DNA of 64,000 bases from Octopus sinensis (GCF_006345805.1 NC_043001.1:38192001-38256000); one strand, 5' to 3'; counted from the first letter of the stretch, positions 23,741 through 38,719 are shown. The notes: generated from the sequence alone by a model not told the origin. Program-made: numbers and translations.

Positions 23741-26315
23741 TTGTAATAATTATCATGATTTCTTTGTTAGGCGCATATCTATGAAAAGATTTTCTTCATT
23801 TAAAATGAAGTTAACAATTATGTAAAAAGAAAAAAGCATTTATGAATCAAAAAATTAAAATCGAAACAATGTTACAAATACATTGGATTCAAATAAGTAA
23901 AAGAAATTTAGTGTTTGTAGTTGTTAAGGAGATTTCCTATCATAGTTTCACACAACTAGCCTGTTGTTTATTCCTATTCTTCCATATGATATTGGCCACT
24001 CTTAACTGTTTAATCTAAAGATAATAATAATAATAATAATGATGAAAACCATAGAACAAAACAGGAAGTGTTCTTAGATATTAGCTAACTACATAACTAG
24101 CAACATTCATTTATCACTATTTATCTTGAGTAAACTGCAGCCAACTTATCTTTGAATGACCTGTTTTCCTTAATCAAACTGATTAAGGAAAATCATTTGT
24201 ATATGGAGCATTAAAAAGCTTAAAATAAGATTGACTATGCAATGATAGAAAAATATCAATTCTTAACTAATGCTACTTCTAACACACACAAACACAAGAC
24301 AACTCTACATCTGTTTCTGCCTGATTGAGCATCATCAGCAAGTATTCAGTCAAGCCAGAAGTTGATAATATCTTAGCAAGTAGCTAAATAAATATACAGA
24401 AATGTTTATTTGTTGACAAGAAAGAAAATTTTAAAAAATTTCAAGTTCTTCTCCACATCATAAATTAAGTGGGTGGAAGAATATTTAATACATGCTTTGT
24501 TTCATGTATTATCTAACATATAGATGGCATATCAGAATTAATTAAAGACAGTTAAGTTTTAATTATAAACTGGTTAAATACAATAGTTAAGAGAACATAT
24601 ATTCATAGTTGCTCCTACTGAGGCTGTCCAACAGTTTGTATGAAGGTGTGTATGTGATGAAATGATGTTTCCACAACTAACAGAGCCTTATCAAATTGGT
24701 TGTAGGTAGAAGATTTAGTTTCCATTAGACAATATGCATGTGCAGATATGATTTCTGAGTGAACTGGGGCACATAAAATTTAGTGCACTTACTAAAGAAA
24801 ACCTTCAACAAATATGCATACACAAGTATATGAATTCATTTTAAACCTACTTTTATAGTTTTCACTAAATCTTGGAAATATTACTAAGTGTTTGATTAAA
24901 AATGTAATTGGGAAGTTTTGTTGATAAAGGTTTTAAAACAAATTTTGGCTGAATATTCAAGGTGTTCCATTGCTGATTGAAAAAATAGTTGCAAAACACA
25001 AACTCCAATTGTTTTAGAGTTTGTTTATAAAATATTTATCCCATGGTACTATATTCTTAAGACATGCAGACTGCGCTTTATTATTGAAGGAAATTATGAT
25101 AATTTATTTCCTTTAGAAATTAAAACTTTTGTATGATATAGACTCTGATATAAATAAAGACCCGGAAAACAAAAATATCTTGGGCAATGAGGTTTTTAGG
25201 AGTTTGGGCTTTGTGGGTTTATATAACTGCTTTTAGAAAGTTACTTGTTTTGATATGCTATTTCCAGACTGCTTTTAAATCATAATTTAAACATTAACTT
25301 TTTTCTTGCAAAAAAAAAAGCAATGAGCTTTGTTTGACCAAATTGAAACTTCTGCTTTTTTAATACTTCTTTTCAGTGGACAAATGATTCCATAAATTGT
25401 ATAAAACTGGTATTGTAAAAGCTGTAGCCTTGCTATTATAAAATGCATACCAAGTTAATTATACTATATGTAAAATACAATGTAAAATCAAATCACAATC
25501 TCTGGTAATAAAACATTTTTTAAAAATATTATTCTCAATGTTTGAATTGTATCTCATATTTGAAATAAATTTCCTAGAAAAATATGCCTTTACTATTGAA
25601 AAATGTCCAATATATTATTTTCTCACATTTAAATGTTTTGCAAATGTGCACTTTTTATTTCAGCACCTACATCTATGACCAGAAATAAAGCTGCAGTTGG
25701 TACTCTAGAATCTTAGTTTTGCTATGTATCATCACAGGAGATACACATACTTGCTATATGTTTCATTTTTAAACTATATTGAACAACAATAAAATCTGTT
25801 ATAAAAAAAGAGTTTAGTTCTTGACATTTATTTTTCTTTTCTAACTAAATATTTTTGATTAAGTAAGAACTTAAAAGAAAAGTGAGTGTGTTTAATACTT
25901 TGAGGTTTACTGCAGATTGTAAAATTAAATTTATTTTTGAGCTGCTGTATATTGATGTCAGATACAATCCGATTCAGTGATTATGGAAGAGATTTTTTAT
26001 AAAATGAGTGAAAAAAATGAAATTTCTATAAATTGGTGTTGTAACCTTTTCTGATTCTTACTGTCTATGGGCTAAACATACTACCTGAAGTATGATGTGA
26101 ACAGAAATTTAGAAAAAAATTACTTTTGTTTTTAACTAAGCATAAGGTTATGTGACAGATGAATGTTGAACAGTTGCACTGACTGAAGAAGAATCAGTTG
26201 AATATGAGTCATTGTATAAGTTTAAACTTAAGGAAATGAGTGAATGTTCAATGACAACAGCTACTGATTATATACCCGAAGGCTGTACAGATTTATGTAA
26301 AACATTGTCTGCCAA

Positions 26316-26530
26316 ATAAGGCAATGCAGTAAAATTTGAGTAGTTTCATTTTTCTTTCCTTTCTATATGCCATGCTTTTTTCTGACATACTTTGCCAGTT
26401 GAAACAAACGTTTTCCTGGTGGTTTTTTTGTTTCCAAACTATTTCTTTTTTTTAAATAAGACTTTTTTTGTCTAACCATATAGAAAGGAAAGAAAAATGA
26501 AACTACTCAAATTTTACTGCATTGCCTTAT
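26316..26530. repeat. Perfect 54-bp inverted repeat with 107-bp spacer
   Basis: 26316-26369 is the exact reverse complement of 26477-26530. Confidence 0.95.
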
Positions 26531-26959
26531 GCAATAAGATTTCCCGAATGTATTTGACTATACAGGATATTTTGTCCTGTGTAGTAAAACAGAATCCATA
26601 TGAGAGATAAGTCAAGTTGATTGTACCATTAATGTATTTATAGCAGGTTCTCAGCTATATATTTCAATGCTGCATATTTTGCTTGGTCAATTTCATGACT
26701 GATAGAGTTTCTTTAAATTGCTTCAGATGCTTTACATTGCTTCTTTTGTTTTACAAGTATAATATTGTCTTCTATTTGACAATTTTGGTGCTTTTCAGTT
26801 TAAAGAGTCTTTGTAATTATTGGCAATATATGTAGGCAGTCAACATGTAGAATTGTTTGTATTTAGTAATACACATATACTTCTGTCTAGTTTCAGTTGT
26901 TGAAAGAAAATAATATTGTTCTTAACTATCAATCTTTGAAGTAAAAAAAATATCAGTGA

Positions 26960-27403
26960 CATGGCCTATGCTATCAAAAAAGTACCCTGAGCCATTCCGA
27001 GTGTGATCTTTGCCAGAGCGGCTAACTGGCTTCTGTACCGGTGGCATGTAAAAAGCACCGTGCGAGCGAGGTCGTTACCAGCATCGCCTTACTGGCACTT
27101 GTGCCAGAGGCATGTGAAAAAACATTCAAGCGAGGTCGTTGCCAGTGCCGCTGGACTGGCTCCTGTGCAGGTGGCATGTAAAAAAACACCATTTGAGCAT
27201 GTTGCTAAGTACCGCCTGACTGGTCCTCATGTTGGAGGCACGTAAAAGCACCCACTGGATGGCGTTAGGAAGGGCATCCAGCTGTAGAAACTCTGCCAGA
27301 TCAAGATTGGAGCCTGGTGCAGCCATCTGGTTCACCAGCCCTCAGTCAAAATCGTCCAACCCATGCTAGCATGGAAAGTGGATGTTAAACGACAATGATG
27401 ATG
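26960..27403 (+). mobile_element. RTE LINE 3' UTR fragment
   Basis: Minisatellite units gtggcatgtaaaaagcacc, shared 3' UTR, (GAT)n tail. Confidence 0.75.
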
Positions 27404-27949
27404 GTGTATTGAAAGCTGTAGAATAAAGCATAAATGTTATAGCTAGTGTTTTATAAGGTAATTTTATCTTAGAAACATGTTTCACATTAAGAAAGCATAT
27501 TTTTAATGCAGCATGACTTAGTAAATAAATAAATCAGTTGTATTTGCAAGTATCTACTCTTTAAAGAATTATGAAATTGCCATACAGTAAGAACTCCAGA
27601 ATGCAAAAGCAACCAAATGTGATCGATTATTTTCTTTTGTGTATGTTAATAAAGCAATCAAATAGTTTCTTATAAGGAGGTTCAAATCTAAGTGTGAAAT
27701 TCCCAAAACAGCCAGTCATCAAGAATCTACTTGTTTATTTCTTTTTTTGTGATATTGGTTGTTAATTACTGCAAAATTAAATTTTGTTATAATGAAATTC
27801 CCTTCACAGAGGAAATATAAAACAATATAGCAATATAGCATGGAAGGTGGATGTTAAATGATGATGTATACAAGCAAGGCCTCTACATCCCTTTTCAGCC
27901 AAGAAATCCTAGTCTTGTGGGTTCTTGAGTACTGATGCCATTTAAAATT

Positions 27950-28142
27950 ACCCATGCCAGTACCACATAAAAGCACCCAGTACATTCCGTAGAATGGTTG
28001 GCATTAGGAAGAGCATCCAGCAGGATAAACCATACCAAAATAGACAAATAAAACCCAGGTAGCTTTCCAGCTGGTCATGTCCTGTTAAGCCATCCAACCC
28101 ATGCCAGCATAGAGAACAGACATTTAATGATGATGATGGTGA
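27950..28142 (+). mobile_element. RTE LINE 3' end
   Basis: Shared 3' UTR and (GAT)n tail. Confidence 0.65.
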
Positions 28143-28204
28143 TGTCTTTTGTTTTATCAAGCAAGTTAAACTTGTTTGTCGTGAACAGAAGTATAATAAT
28201 AATG

Positions 28205-28420
28205 ATTTCAAATTTTTGCCACAAGGGCTGCTTGGGGAGGGGATTAAGCTGATTACATTGACATCAGTTTGTAACTGGTACTTATTTAATCGACCCTAAA
28301 AGGATGAAAGTCAAACTTGACCTCGGCGGAATTTGAACTCAGAATGTAAAGTCAGGAGAAATACTGCTAAGCATTTTACCTGGCATGCTAATGATTCTGT
28401 CAGCTTGTCACCCTAATAAT
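28205..28420 (-). mobile_element. tRNA-derived SINE
   Basis: Reverse complement of the 8525 family, with B-box gagttcaaattcc. Confidence 0.7.
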
Positions 28421-28434
28421 AATGATAATATATC

Positions 28435-28660
28435 ATCATTATTTAATATCTGCCTTCCATGCTAGCATGGGTTAGCTGGTTCAACAGGTTCTGATGGGTT
28501 GGAAAGACCATATCTGCTTTAGTATACTTTCTATAGCTGAATGCTCTTCCTAATGCAATAGAGGTAATCTGGGATAGTGTGTGGGTTGGTAGTTGAGCAG
28601 GGCAGAGTGTATTAAGTGCTTTTATTGTGGTGCCATCACAAGGAAGGATATTTTGCAACT
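28435..28660 (-). mobile_element. RTE LINE 3' end, decayed
   Basis: catcattatttaatatctgccttccatgctagcatggg, the tail motif of the RTE family. Confidence 0.55.
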
Positions 28661-29689
28661 TGTATGACTAAAGGTTTAACGTAGGCCCTGTAATTGAAGG
28701 AGAAGAGCAAGAGGGGGATGCAGGAATATGAGTGAATAAAGATGAGAGGAATAGATTTATAGCTGTGAGAGAGTAACAGAGGAGATGCTAATGGGAGAGG
28801 GAATATAGCAGGGAACAGAAGAAAAGGAAGGGATATTTGTAAGGGAGATGGGTTAGAAAGTAATGGACACTAAGGAAAGGTGGTAAGAAGTGTTATGTGT
28901 GGGCATGGGGGATTCAGGACTATCCTACATTATAAAGGTGAGTATGAACAGGTGTGACGGAAAGAGGATAAGAAAAATATAGTTGAGAGTGGTGAGAAAT
29001 CAAGAGAGAGTCATTGAAGGAAAATGAAATCTTGGTGGTTGAGTGGGTGGGCTAGAGGGAAAAAGACGAGGAGCAATATCAAGGATGTGGGGAAAACAGA
29101 AAATATAAGTGGTGGGGGTGGTAGTAGGTAAGTGCAGTGAGGCTGGTGATGGAAAGAGGCTGAAAGGTACCACAGAGATAGAGAAAAGAGAGGAGTGTAA
29201 ATGCAAGGAGAGCATCTCAGATGGTGAGGCTGTGGAAACGAGATGATGAGTAAAAGGGGTAGATGAATGAGGGTGAATGCAATAAGGTAAAGACAGGCAG
29301 GATGTGTAAGGGAGAGTAGTGAAATAAAGGCAAGAGTAAGTGTGATTTGCAACAGGGGCAACCTGGGATAGAGTGTGTGGGTTGGTAGTTGAATAGGGCA
29401 GGTCGGGAAGAGAACAGTCCAATGCAGCCTCTTATATTTGAACATAGAGAAGGACAAGGAGGTCAGTGAAGCAAAATGGATGATAATGCAGTTTGCCCAG
29501 GTGGTGGAGAGATGAGAGAGGAGGAAGCTGTGAATGATGAAGAGATGGGAGTCATGAAAAGAGGAGTAAATATACAAAGTAAAGGGAAGGGGAGGGTGAG
29601 GATGCAATGGAGGAAACCCGTAAGATATTGCTGGCAACAAATATATATATAGTTCATAACTTCTAAAACACTACCCTTCTGTAAACATA

Positions 29690-30407
29690 TATCATGCCAT
29701 GGGTTGGTGTTTCTTCTGTAGCACTAAGTATTGTCAGCCAGTACAATACTTTGTCATCTCCAAGAGATGCAATATCTTCAGATCAGCCTTCATCTCTTCA
29801 TCCCAAGTCTTATTTTTGCTCTTCTGCAAGTTCCACTAACATAAAGTGCTCAACACTTTCATATTCAGTAATCATCTTCCATGTACATCACATGTCCATG
29901 CCTGTTGAGCATCCTCTCTTGAATGATACACCTGATTCCTCTTATACCATTTCTGGTAGCTGATTTGTACTCTAGTGTTCTTGTACACTAATATCAATTG
30001 GAACGTATTGGCTTCATTTCTTTCTAATCTTCACAAATCTTCTGCATCCAAGGCTTGCATCATGCTACTATACAATAGTACAGTTTTAACACAAGCCTTA
30101 TACAGACTACCTGTCATTCTGTGGGGAAAGCCTTTATTACCAGCAGAAATGCTAGCTCCATGGACTTTTTTTCATCATGTTCTTACTTTACCTACATTAC
30201 TTCCTGAGCAGCTACATTTCTTAGGTAACAGAAGCTATTGACTATTTCTGGGGAGCCATATGGACATTTAAGAAAATCTATTTCTATTGAGGTCTTAGTA
30301 AATATTGCTCCAGTGCACCTGTCACATACAAAGCTTACTTTCTCTGTTAGCCTAGTTGTAATTCCATGAAATTTTTTATGTGCTATAAAATATCTTATAG
30401 TGCACAA
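29690..30407 (-). mobile_element. Decayed RTE LINE RT fragment
   Basis: ORF 30192..30407 HKKFHGIT.RL...FVCDRCTGAI...EIVNSFCYL is homologous to ORF 60491..61093. Confidence 0.7.
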
Positions 30408-31335
30408 ATCCAGAAAATTTGGGAATATTTTTGCTGTTAGTTCTATAACTGATGAATTTGAGGTAATAATTATTGAAAATAATCATTAAATAGTTCTGTA
30501 AAAATTTGTCTGCTCAGAATTGGAAAGTTTGAAATAGTTTGATTCCTTCCACAGTTTTAGCTTAAACTTTGAGTGTTGACATAACTGTGAGTGAGAGAAA
30601 GTAGAGAGGAAAACTAGAGCAAGTGAGTTATACAGAGGACAAAGATGAAGAAAAAAAGAGAAGGGAGAGAGAGAGAGAGAGAAAGGGAGCATTAAATAGA
30701 AGGAGAGAGATACATTGAAAACAAGTTGCAAACATGTCAATAGGAAGAAATGAGTGTGAAAGACTGGAAAAAAAGAATGATTAAGGAGAGATTAAAGAGA
30801 AGGGAAAAAAGTTTGCTGTTGCAGATTTAAATGCATTGTGACAACATATTTTAGAATACCCTTTACCTCACATTAACACTTTTCTCTCCCTCTCTCTTTC
30901 TGTGTTTCTACATACTGCCACTATCACTCCTTTTCAACATCATGTATTTTTACATCACCTTCTTGACTTGCATCCTAGTTTTCCAATTTTTCCAACTTGA
31001 CGGTACATAGATGAATAGTGATGTTCAATTATAATGAACAATATGTTTCTCCATTTTTGAAACTGAGGTTTCCCTTGATTGTTGCTCTGAATTTTCTATA
31101 GCTACCATATTTCTTTAGGTACCCTGTAGAATTTGATAATAATGTGAAATTTGAAGTAACTAAGGTTCTAATTTAAAGCTGGTTAGAATTAAAATGTCTT
31201 ATTATAAACACATAAGGGAAACATACATAGCCCTTATCAGATCAAAATTTTCTTGCAAGAATATTTACACTGCTCTGTCATTTGACAATGACAAAAGTCC
31301 CAGCTGATATAATTAGGTATATGAAATCTGTTTAA

Positions 31336-31544
31336 CTCTCTTGAAACCTGCTTGCCTCTGGTTCTGATACAAAAGTTTCAGTTTTAAAGTATTCATAACT
31401 AAATTTAAAATCTTCCATCCTAATTTTATATCAGTAACTCATGATAAGTTCCAAACAAGTGCATGAAAATGAAAAATTATCATCTGTTAAAAATTAAGTG
31501 AAACACATGCAGTGTATTTCATAAGAAATATTATCATGAAAGGG
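31336..31544. mobile_element. Decayed piggyBac-like MITE
   Basis: TTAA flanks, right end atgaaaggg, internal similarity to 22861-23080. Confidence 0.55.
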
Positions 31545-33853
31545 TTAATTTATGTATTTAATGTAAGAGACTATTGGTGTATTATCAATTGGTTGAGGAC
31601 TCCTGGAAACAAAGTGATTTAAAAGAATATTTCCTGCATTTTAGTTGAGATGATTGTATATTAGATGTAGGGAAATAAAATAGTTTATTCAGTTATTTTT
31701 ATAGTTTTAATCACCAAATGTAAACAATGGATTAAATAGCACACAAAACTATGAAATCTGGTACATAATTAAGACATAATCTATGAAAACAAAACATATA
31801 TTTAAATAAGGCATAAGAATAGAATAACATGAGATACATTGTTTATTGTAAGAACTTTTTTTTATACTTTCTCTTTATTTTGAATTGGAAGACATTTTTT
31901 AAAAGCTCATAAACAAACTATTTGGGTGAAAATGAAAAGGTGAAATAAACTGTCAGTATTTTAATGACAGAGGAATGTGAATGACTTGTGACATAAAAGA
32001 TCAATTTTAAAATAAGAGTTAACAGCAAACAAGAAATGAGCAAAAGTGAACAGAGAAAAAAAAACACAAGATCAACAAAAAAAAAACATGCAATGACAAA
32101 AATCAAGATTCCGGAGAGAAATTGAAAAATATTTAATAAGAATATTTTTGCAGCAAGGCTATGTTTTGTTTTTGTCTTCTTTCTTCAATTACATTTTTTA
32201 ACATTTTTTTTTAACCATGTTGCATATGTTACACCAAATAAACATTTGGTTGGAGTTGGCACTTTTCTCCATTCTGATAACATATTAAAAACAAAAATGG
32301 AAATTTTCAACAAATTTTCTACTTGTGAAATATTTTATATTTTACATATTTTTTGCAGATTGTAATACATTGTCCCTGAATTAGCAATTTAAAATAAATT
32401 TTTAAAAGTTAGTTTTTCTTATTTCTCATTTCCCATTTTTCAGCAACATCATAATTATTATTATCACTATTCATTTTTGCTTTTATCAACACTTATCTCA
32501 GATTTTGTCTTATGTCAGAAAGGAGTACAACACTTGTTTGAAGTTACCAACAGAACCAGCCTGGTATTTTATGGTTCATTTAAATTGTGATGAGAACTGC
32601 AAAGTAGTGGTGAGGTACCACTGAGAAATGGCAAGTGCTTTAAATAAGTTGAATTTGTAAACTGATTTCAGTTGCTGGTTGTCTTTGAATTAGTTTAGTT
32701 TCTTTATAGTACTTGTGTCCTTAAGAAAGTCATAAACATTATATAATCATTTCTGTTGTCTCTAAACTTGCACTAGAAGTAATGAATCTATATTAATTTA
32801 ATTTAAATTTTCATTATCTATCTAAATATAAATGGCAAAAAATTTCTGAGATAGGGAGCAATGTTTTGTAACAGTAGGTCACTTTTTTGCCAAAGCCATT
32901 AATGTATTATTGTGGTATTATGCATTAGTGATGTATTAACATTTCTTATCCATTCACGTAATCTTTTATAATCTGATACAACTGAATAGTTTTTATATTT
33001 ATCAAGTTTTGCTGCATAATCTGTTAGTAATTTGAGTTACTTCTAATGACATTTTCTTCTTTTATCGACCTCAATGAGTGCATTTGATCTTGAGTGAGAT
33101 ATATAATGCATTCAATCATTAAAAACATCTAAATCAGTGTCCTGCACTTTTTTAAAGTATCACCAGATCGTATAACTAAATCTGTGGTGCCTTTCTAAAT
33201 TTACAACCAATATATACTAGCAAGATACTGATGTCCAAAGTATTGACAACAACCCTTATAAAGTTGGCATTGTGTCACAAACAAATCATAATCATTAATA
33301 TAATTATCAGTGTCATTCATGTAACAACCACATCATCATCCTCATCATTATTCTTTGCTTTTTGATTACTATTAACATTGAAAATATATCTTTAATGATA
33401 TACATTTTTCCCAAACTGGAACAATCATGTAATTTTTTGGACAATATAACTTTTCATTTCTTCTAGTTAAAGCACAAAGATCTTTGCAAAAATATTCAAT
33501 ACCATCATTGTGACTTTTATGGTTGTTATTGAAACTGATACAGCTTCTGTAATCATTGTTTGTATTATTGTGAGGTGGTAACTTTTCAGTAAACAAGTTT
33601 ACAGCCCAATTTTGATCACCACGTGGAATCATTACACACAAATTACTAATGTTCTTAGAAAAACCATATATATGGCAACTCCAGGTTTCCTCCCTTCTGT
33701 ATAAGACACCATATTTGTGTCAGATTTTAGTATTATTATTAATATTGATTTTATTTATCATTATATTACTATAAAAACAATATTAAGTTTGTGCTAAGTC
33801 AAAATTGCTCTAACTCCTTCACCTTTTGCAATATCACAGAATATGATGAGCCA

Positions 33854-33885
<32 letters not shown>

Positions 33886-35429
33886 CATTATTATTTGAGT
33901 ACTTTAATTCATAATGAATAAAAGGCAATTCCAAATAAAGAACCATTTATTTATATATTTTAAACATATGTAGATTGCAAAAGAATTTTTTAAAAGCAAT
34001 ATTACTCTAAAAGCAACATTTTAGAGTAATGTGAAAAAAAAAAAAAAATGGAAGAAATGATTATTGATGAGTTGCTGAAAAATATTTGGAGAGAGAGCAC
34101 ATAAGGTAGTAGGCAGCAGCTGTGGACAGACATGTTTCCCAGTTTTCTGGTGATAACAACTAAATCAATTAGGTGTGAGTGTTTTAAATAACAAGTGGAT
34201 GAATATCTAAATAACAAATATAGTTTTCAACACAACAACCATCTGCATTATATATTAACATTTTGGCACTATTCTACATCCCTCAAACTGATGTATGTGA
34301 CTTCTGCACATAAGATAAAAGCAAAGTAAAACTCCTACAAACATAAAACTTATAAATATACACATCAAACTCAATATATTTGTTTTATTTACACACTTAA
34401 AGACTAAATAAAATATAAAAGGAGAAATATCTAAGACATTAAAATGTTTTCTGAGCATTATTTAGGCAGTATCATACACAAGTTTTAGGTAAATTTTTGG
34501 AAACTGCTTTTTCATTATCAATTGAATATGGTATAACTATGCCATTTCAAGGATCAATACTCATGCAATGTCTTACATTATTTGAGGCCATCAAAATACT
34601 AGCAGAATAGATATGAAACTTAGCTGTTCAGATGGAGGGTATTAAGGAATCCTAAGTTAACCTGCTATAATTTAAAATGAATGGTGAAGCTGGAAGAATG
34701 GAGTAAAAAAAAAAAGACAAAATAGAAAAACATATATGAAGAAATAAAATGGCCCATAATAGAATAGAAGAGGTCAAAATATGGGAGTGAGCAATTGTCT
34801 GAAGCTATTAAGAATGAAGAAAAGGGGAATTTAGGTTATTAAGCTGGGGTCATTTTTGTAAAAGAAAAATAAATATATTGTGGCATCCATGCATATACAG
34901 AATTAAAAGAAAAGAACTTTTAGAAGTGAAATGGTCAAGAATGAGAAGAAAAGGAAAAGAGGTTGAATATTAAGGAGTGGGAGTAAGGTGAATTTTCTAG
35001 GAGAGAAGAAAGGAGAGGAAAGAAAGAGAGGGAGATGGGAGATAAAGTTTCTAGCCATTAGGGGAACATGCAGTTGTAATTAAATTGGTGGCTTACTACT
35101 TAACAGTAAAACTATATATTTGCATATCTGTGCGCATGTGCATGTTCACTGAGTGCTTATAGTATCCCCATTGTGTGCAGGCACACATGCATATTCTCAT
35201 GTGCAGAGAGGAAGATGTAAGGAGATAATTGGGTTAAGAAAATATAAATATAACTCATCCCATTCTAGGGGGTTACCTGAGTATGCCTTAGGGTAGGGAA
35301 GTGCATGCTGGAATGGATTTTGATGGGCAGTGGCGGATTTGGGATCCAGAATCCCTGTCTGGGAAAGAGTGCCAATTGGGTTTGCTACTACAGTAAAATT
35401 TGGGGGAATAGGGACAGGATGAAATACAG

Positions 35430-36560
35430 GGGTTACCTTAGATTCTATCTGAAAGAGCATATGTATCTGCAGTGTCAGGTTCAGGAGACAAAGGAACACT
35501 CCATATAGGGAAGTATCTAACTGGGTTTTTTTTATCTCTGGCACAGTGTAAGGAGCAGTTGTAATATTCAGTATATTGCTCAAATATCTCTTTGGCTAGG
35601 GATGAGATCCTATAAAACACACTGTCCACAATGGATGTTAGGAAAATGGGAGTGAGTGATTTGAAGAAAAGTTAACACAAGGTTCTGCCCGAGTTTATGA
35701 TAGACAGGTGTTGTTTTGTAAATCTAGAGTGACGTCTGGGAAATTAGCAGTTTTAATATTGGAACTGAAAAAGATGTCATGGCCCACATTTTTAAAGAAA
35801 TATCTGATTCTTTTCCTAAGTTGTTCTACCTTATAGTTACTAGAGTTTGGGATTGCAAACAGAATGTCATCCCTATATAAACTGCCAGAAATATTTACAG
35901 AATTGGTCCTGGAGACAATGGAGCAGGTAACAACCCATGAGGTCAGTAACTTGGGCTGAATCACTTGCCCCCATTGGGATGTTGAAGTAGTTAGAGGTAT
36001 CTTTGCTGGCCCAAAGTTTTCCGTTGAATTTCATAATAGTTTGATGGGCTGCCAGGATAATATTGATATCATCTCTAGTTGGGGAAGATATTTTAGTGCA
36101 AATATGAGGGCTTTAAGTAGGATAGGAGATACACTGGAATAATATTGGTCTATATCTACTTGAATGAATTTGTATTTACCATTGGGGCTTAAGGATTTAA
36201 ACCATTGGATGACTTCAATGTTGTTAGTCTAGAGGTTTAGTGTAATCATAAAATGAAGGTGGGGTAGAATTCTACCAGATATAACTTTACTAATCCTACC
36301 TGTATCAGAGCTTGAGGGACAAGAGGAGGTGAATGGAAGGGTTTGCAGCAAAATTTTCATTATGGTACTTTATAATTATATGGGGTTTGAAAGGTTCTTT
36401 TCTATCTTCTAAGCTAAGTATATAAGACAAGATCTTGAGTCTTGAGGTCAATATCTCTCTGAGCAGTTTGGTACAATACAGTAGTACTTGTGCAGCTGTT
36501 TAAGTATCAATTCCCGGTAGGTATCCAGTAGTATGTTGTATAGGTTTGCCAGTCTTACCT
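35430..36560 (-). mobile_element. Penelope-like element reverse transcriptase, decayed
   Basis: Broken frames give IQWFK...FIQVDIDQYY, FNIPMGASDSAQVTDLMG, LYRDD.L...KVEQLRKRI..FF...NIKTANFPDVTLDL and RISSLAKEIF, all PLE RT motifs. Confidence 0.8.
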
Positions 36561-38470
36561 GTGTGGAGAATGATTCTCTAGTTGTATATATGCGCATGCA
36601 TACATACATATAAGTATCCTCACAAGGGTTAACTTACTATGCAAAAGAATGGCACTTAAATTATCATTGTAAATGAAGCAAGTGATGATTATAGACTGAA
36701 TACAAGATCCAATTCTCTTTAATATTTATATTTATGATCCTGCTTCAACAGATAGTCTCAAACCTCATGAGTAAGATTACAAAATTTCTGAAATGGATCT
36801 GCCAGCTACCAATGCAAAAATTTTTTTAAATGAGCAAACACATATTATTTTATATGCAATAATTAAATAAATAATAAGATTTTATACCTTGATGAACTCA
36901 TTTCTAAAATCATGTCTTAAAAGCCTAATTGCCTGTTACTCAAGAAGCCAGAAATATTAGAATTATAACAGACAGATAAATGACTCAATCACTATATCAA
37001 CCAGGTAATCAATCACTCCTACACTGCTCCACAAAACACAAGGAAAAAACTAAGAAAAATTTTTACGCCCATTCAGACAGAAAGTTCTTGTCAACAATTC
37101 AATGTTTCAAAAATTCATTTCAAATTGATTTGCAAATGTATCCAGTACATCAGCTCCTTTTTACATGGTTGATTTCTTTCAATCATTGCTCTAAAACCGT
37201 TTCAATCTTAACCAAGATGAGAAAATGAATACCTTTCTCTTCTTCTCAAGCTCATCTTACTTATAACCCAAGTAAGCTATATTCTGACTTAATATTACAC
37301 TAGTAAATAAACAATAACTGTGCCCTATAAATTTTTATTACTAGAAGCAACTTGCAGACTATTTTTCTCTTCCTCTTGGAATAGGGAATTACTGATGAGT
37401 ATAATTATAAATCACATGTAATTTTATATATAAGACAATTAACAAATATTTCTTCATAAATTCATCCTAGCTTCTATATTCTAAATAAGAATGTAAATAG
37501 TGGTGGTGGTAATTTTTATGAGAAAAAGTTCAGATGAAAAGAAAATGCAGGAATGACAACAATTAACAACACATGTGCCTTTTATATCACTCCAACTCTA
37601 ATCTTTCTGACCATATGTATGGAATGAACCTTTGGTAAATAAATAAGAAATCTAAGAGATGACAATAAAAGACAGTCTCAGAAAAATTAAATTTTTGAAA
37701 TTTTCAAGCCAGAAAATAATTTTTCTTTTTTAATTTTCATGTCATCGTTTCTTTACATAGGTAACAAATGTAAAAGCTCAAGTGGTAAACTAAATCGATA
37801 CTGAATGAGAGCTTTGATAGACTCATTCTATAAGTACAATTAATAGACAAGAATTAATATTTTCAAAAGTGCTCAAAAAGTGAAGTTTTATAAATAATAT
37901 CCAATGAGGATTCTTTGGTCAGACACTCAGATAGTCTTTGTCTGAAAAATTGCAAGCAATTGAAAAAACTGTCAATTGCTGACAATTTTATTGGAAGCTT
38001 TCTACCAATTTTCCAGAAGGAAAAGATTTAAAATAAATTTAAGTGTTTCACATAGAAGCATGTGGACTTACAGGACAAGCATTAATCATCCCAAAACAAA
38101 ACGATTCATTTGCTCAGCCACTACTTACATCACATACTATATTGTATTCAGTCTTTCAGTCATTTAACTAGTTTGACAAGACACTAAGCTAAGTTAGTAA
38201 ATTTGTATATAAATTTTAACAATATTATTCTTACAGGCTATTTATATATAATAAGGTAATGAGATTCAAAAATCAAAATGACATAATTTACAAAAATTAT
38301 CAACTTCAAATATTAAAATGCGATTTAACATGATTTTGTTATCAACTGTTTTCAACACTAAGCAATTCTTTGTTATATCAAACCTTTATCAAAACAAAAT
38401 ATTTCAGTGAATTATATTTGACATTTTGTTTTAAACTTGTATCTGTAAATACATGCATACATATATACAC

Positions 38471-38501
<31 letters not shown>

Positions 38502-38719
38502 GGGATGGTATTATTAAAATACCATCACAAGTGGTAAGCGAATTATTAGCCGTACAGGCTTTATATATATATATACATATACATGATATAAATATACACA
38601 CACAAATATATATATATACATACATAAATTTGCAAGAATTATTTAACTTAAAGGGTACATGAAAGAATTTGACATTAAATATACATACAAATGTGTTGAT
38701 ATTTGTGTGTTTCTGTATA

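Noticed and set aside
25669-25721. Strong acceptor giving a potential alternative SSBP1 last exon (TPTSMTRNKAAVGTLES*)
   Set aside because: No similarity to the SSB C-terminus and no transcript evidence.
26170-26319. About 50-codon open frame TVALTEEESVEYESLYKF...
   Set aside because: Preceded by an in-frame stop, no start or valid acceptor, unrecognised.
37805-37990. Series of 6-8 bp hairpins
   Set aside because: Short stems are expected by chance in AT-rich DNA.
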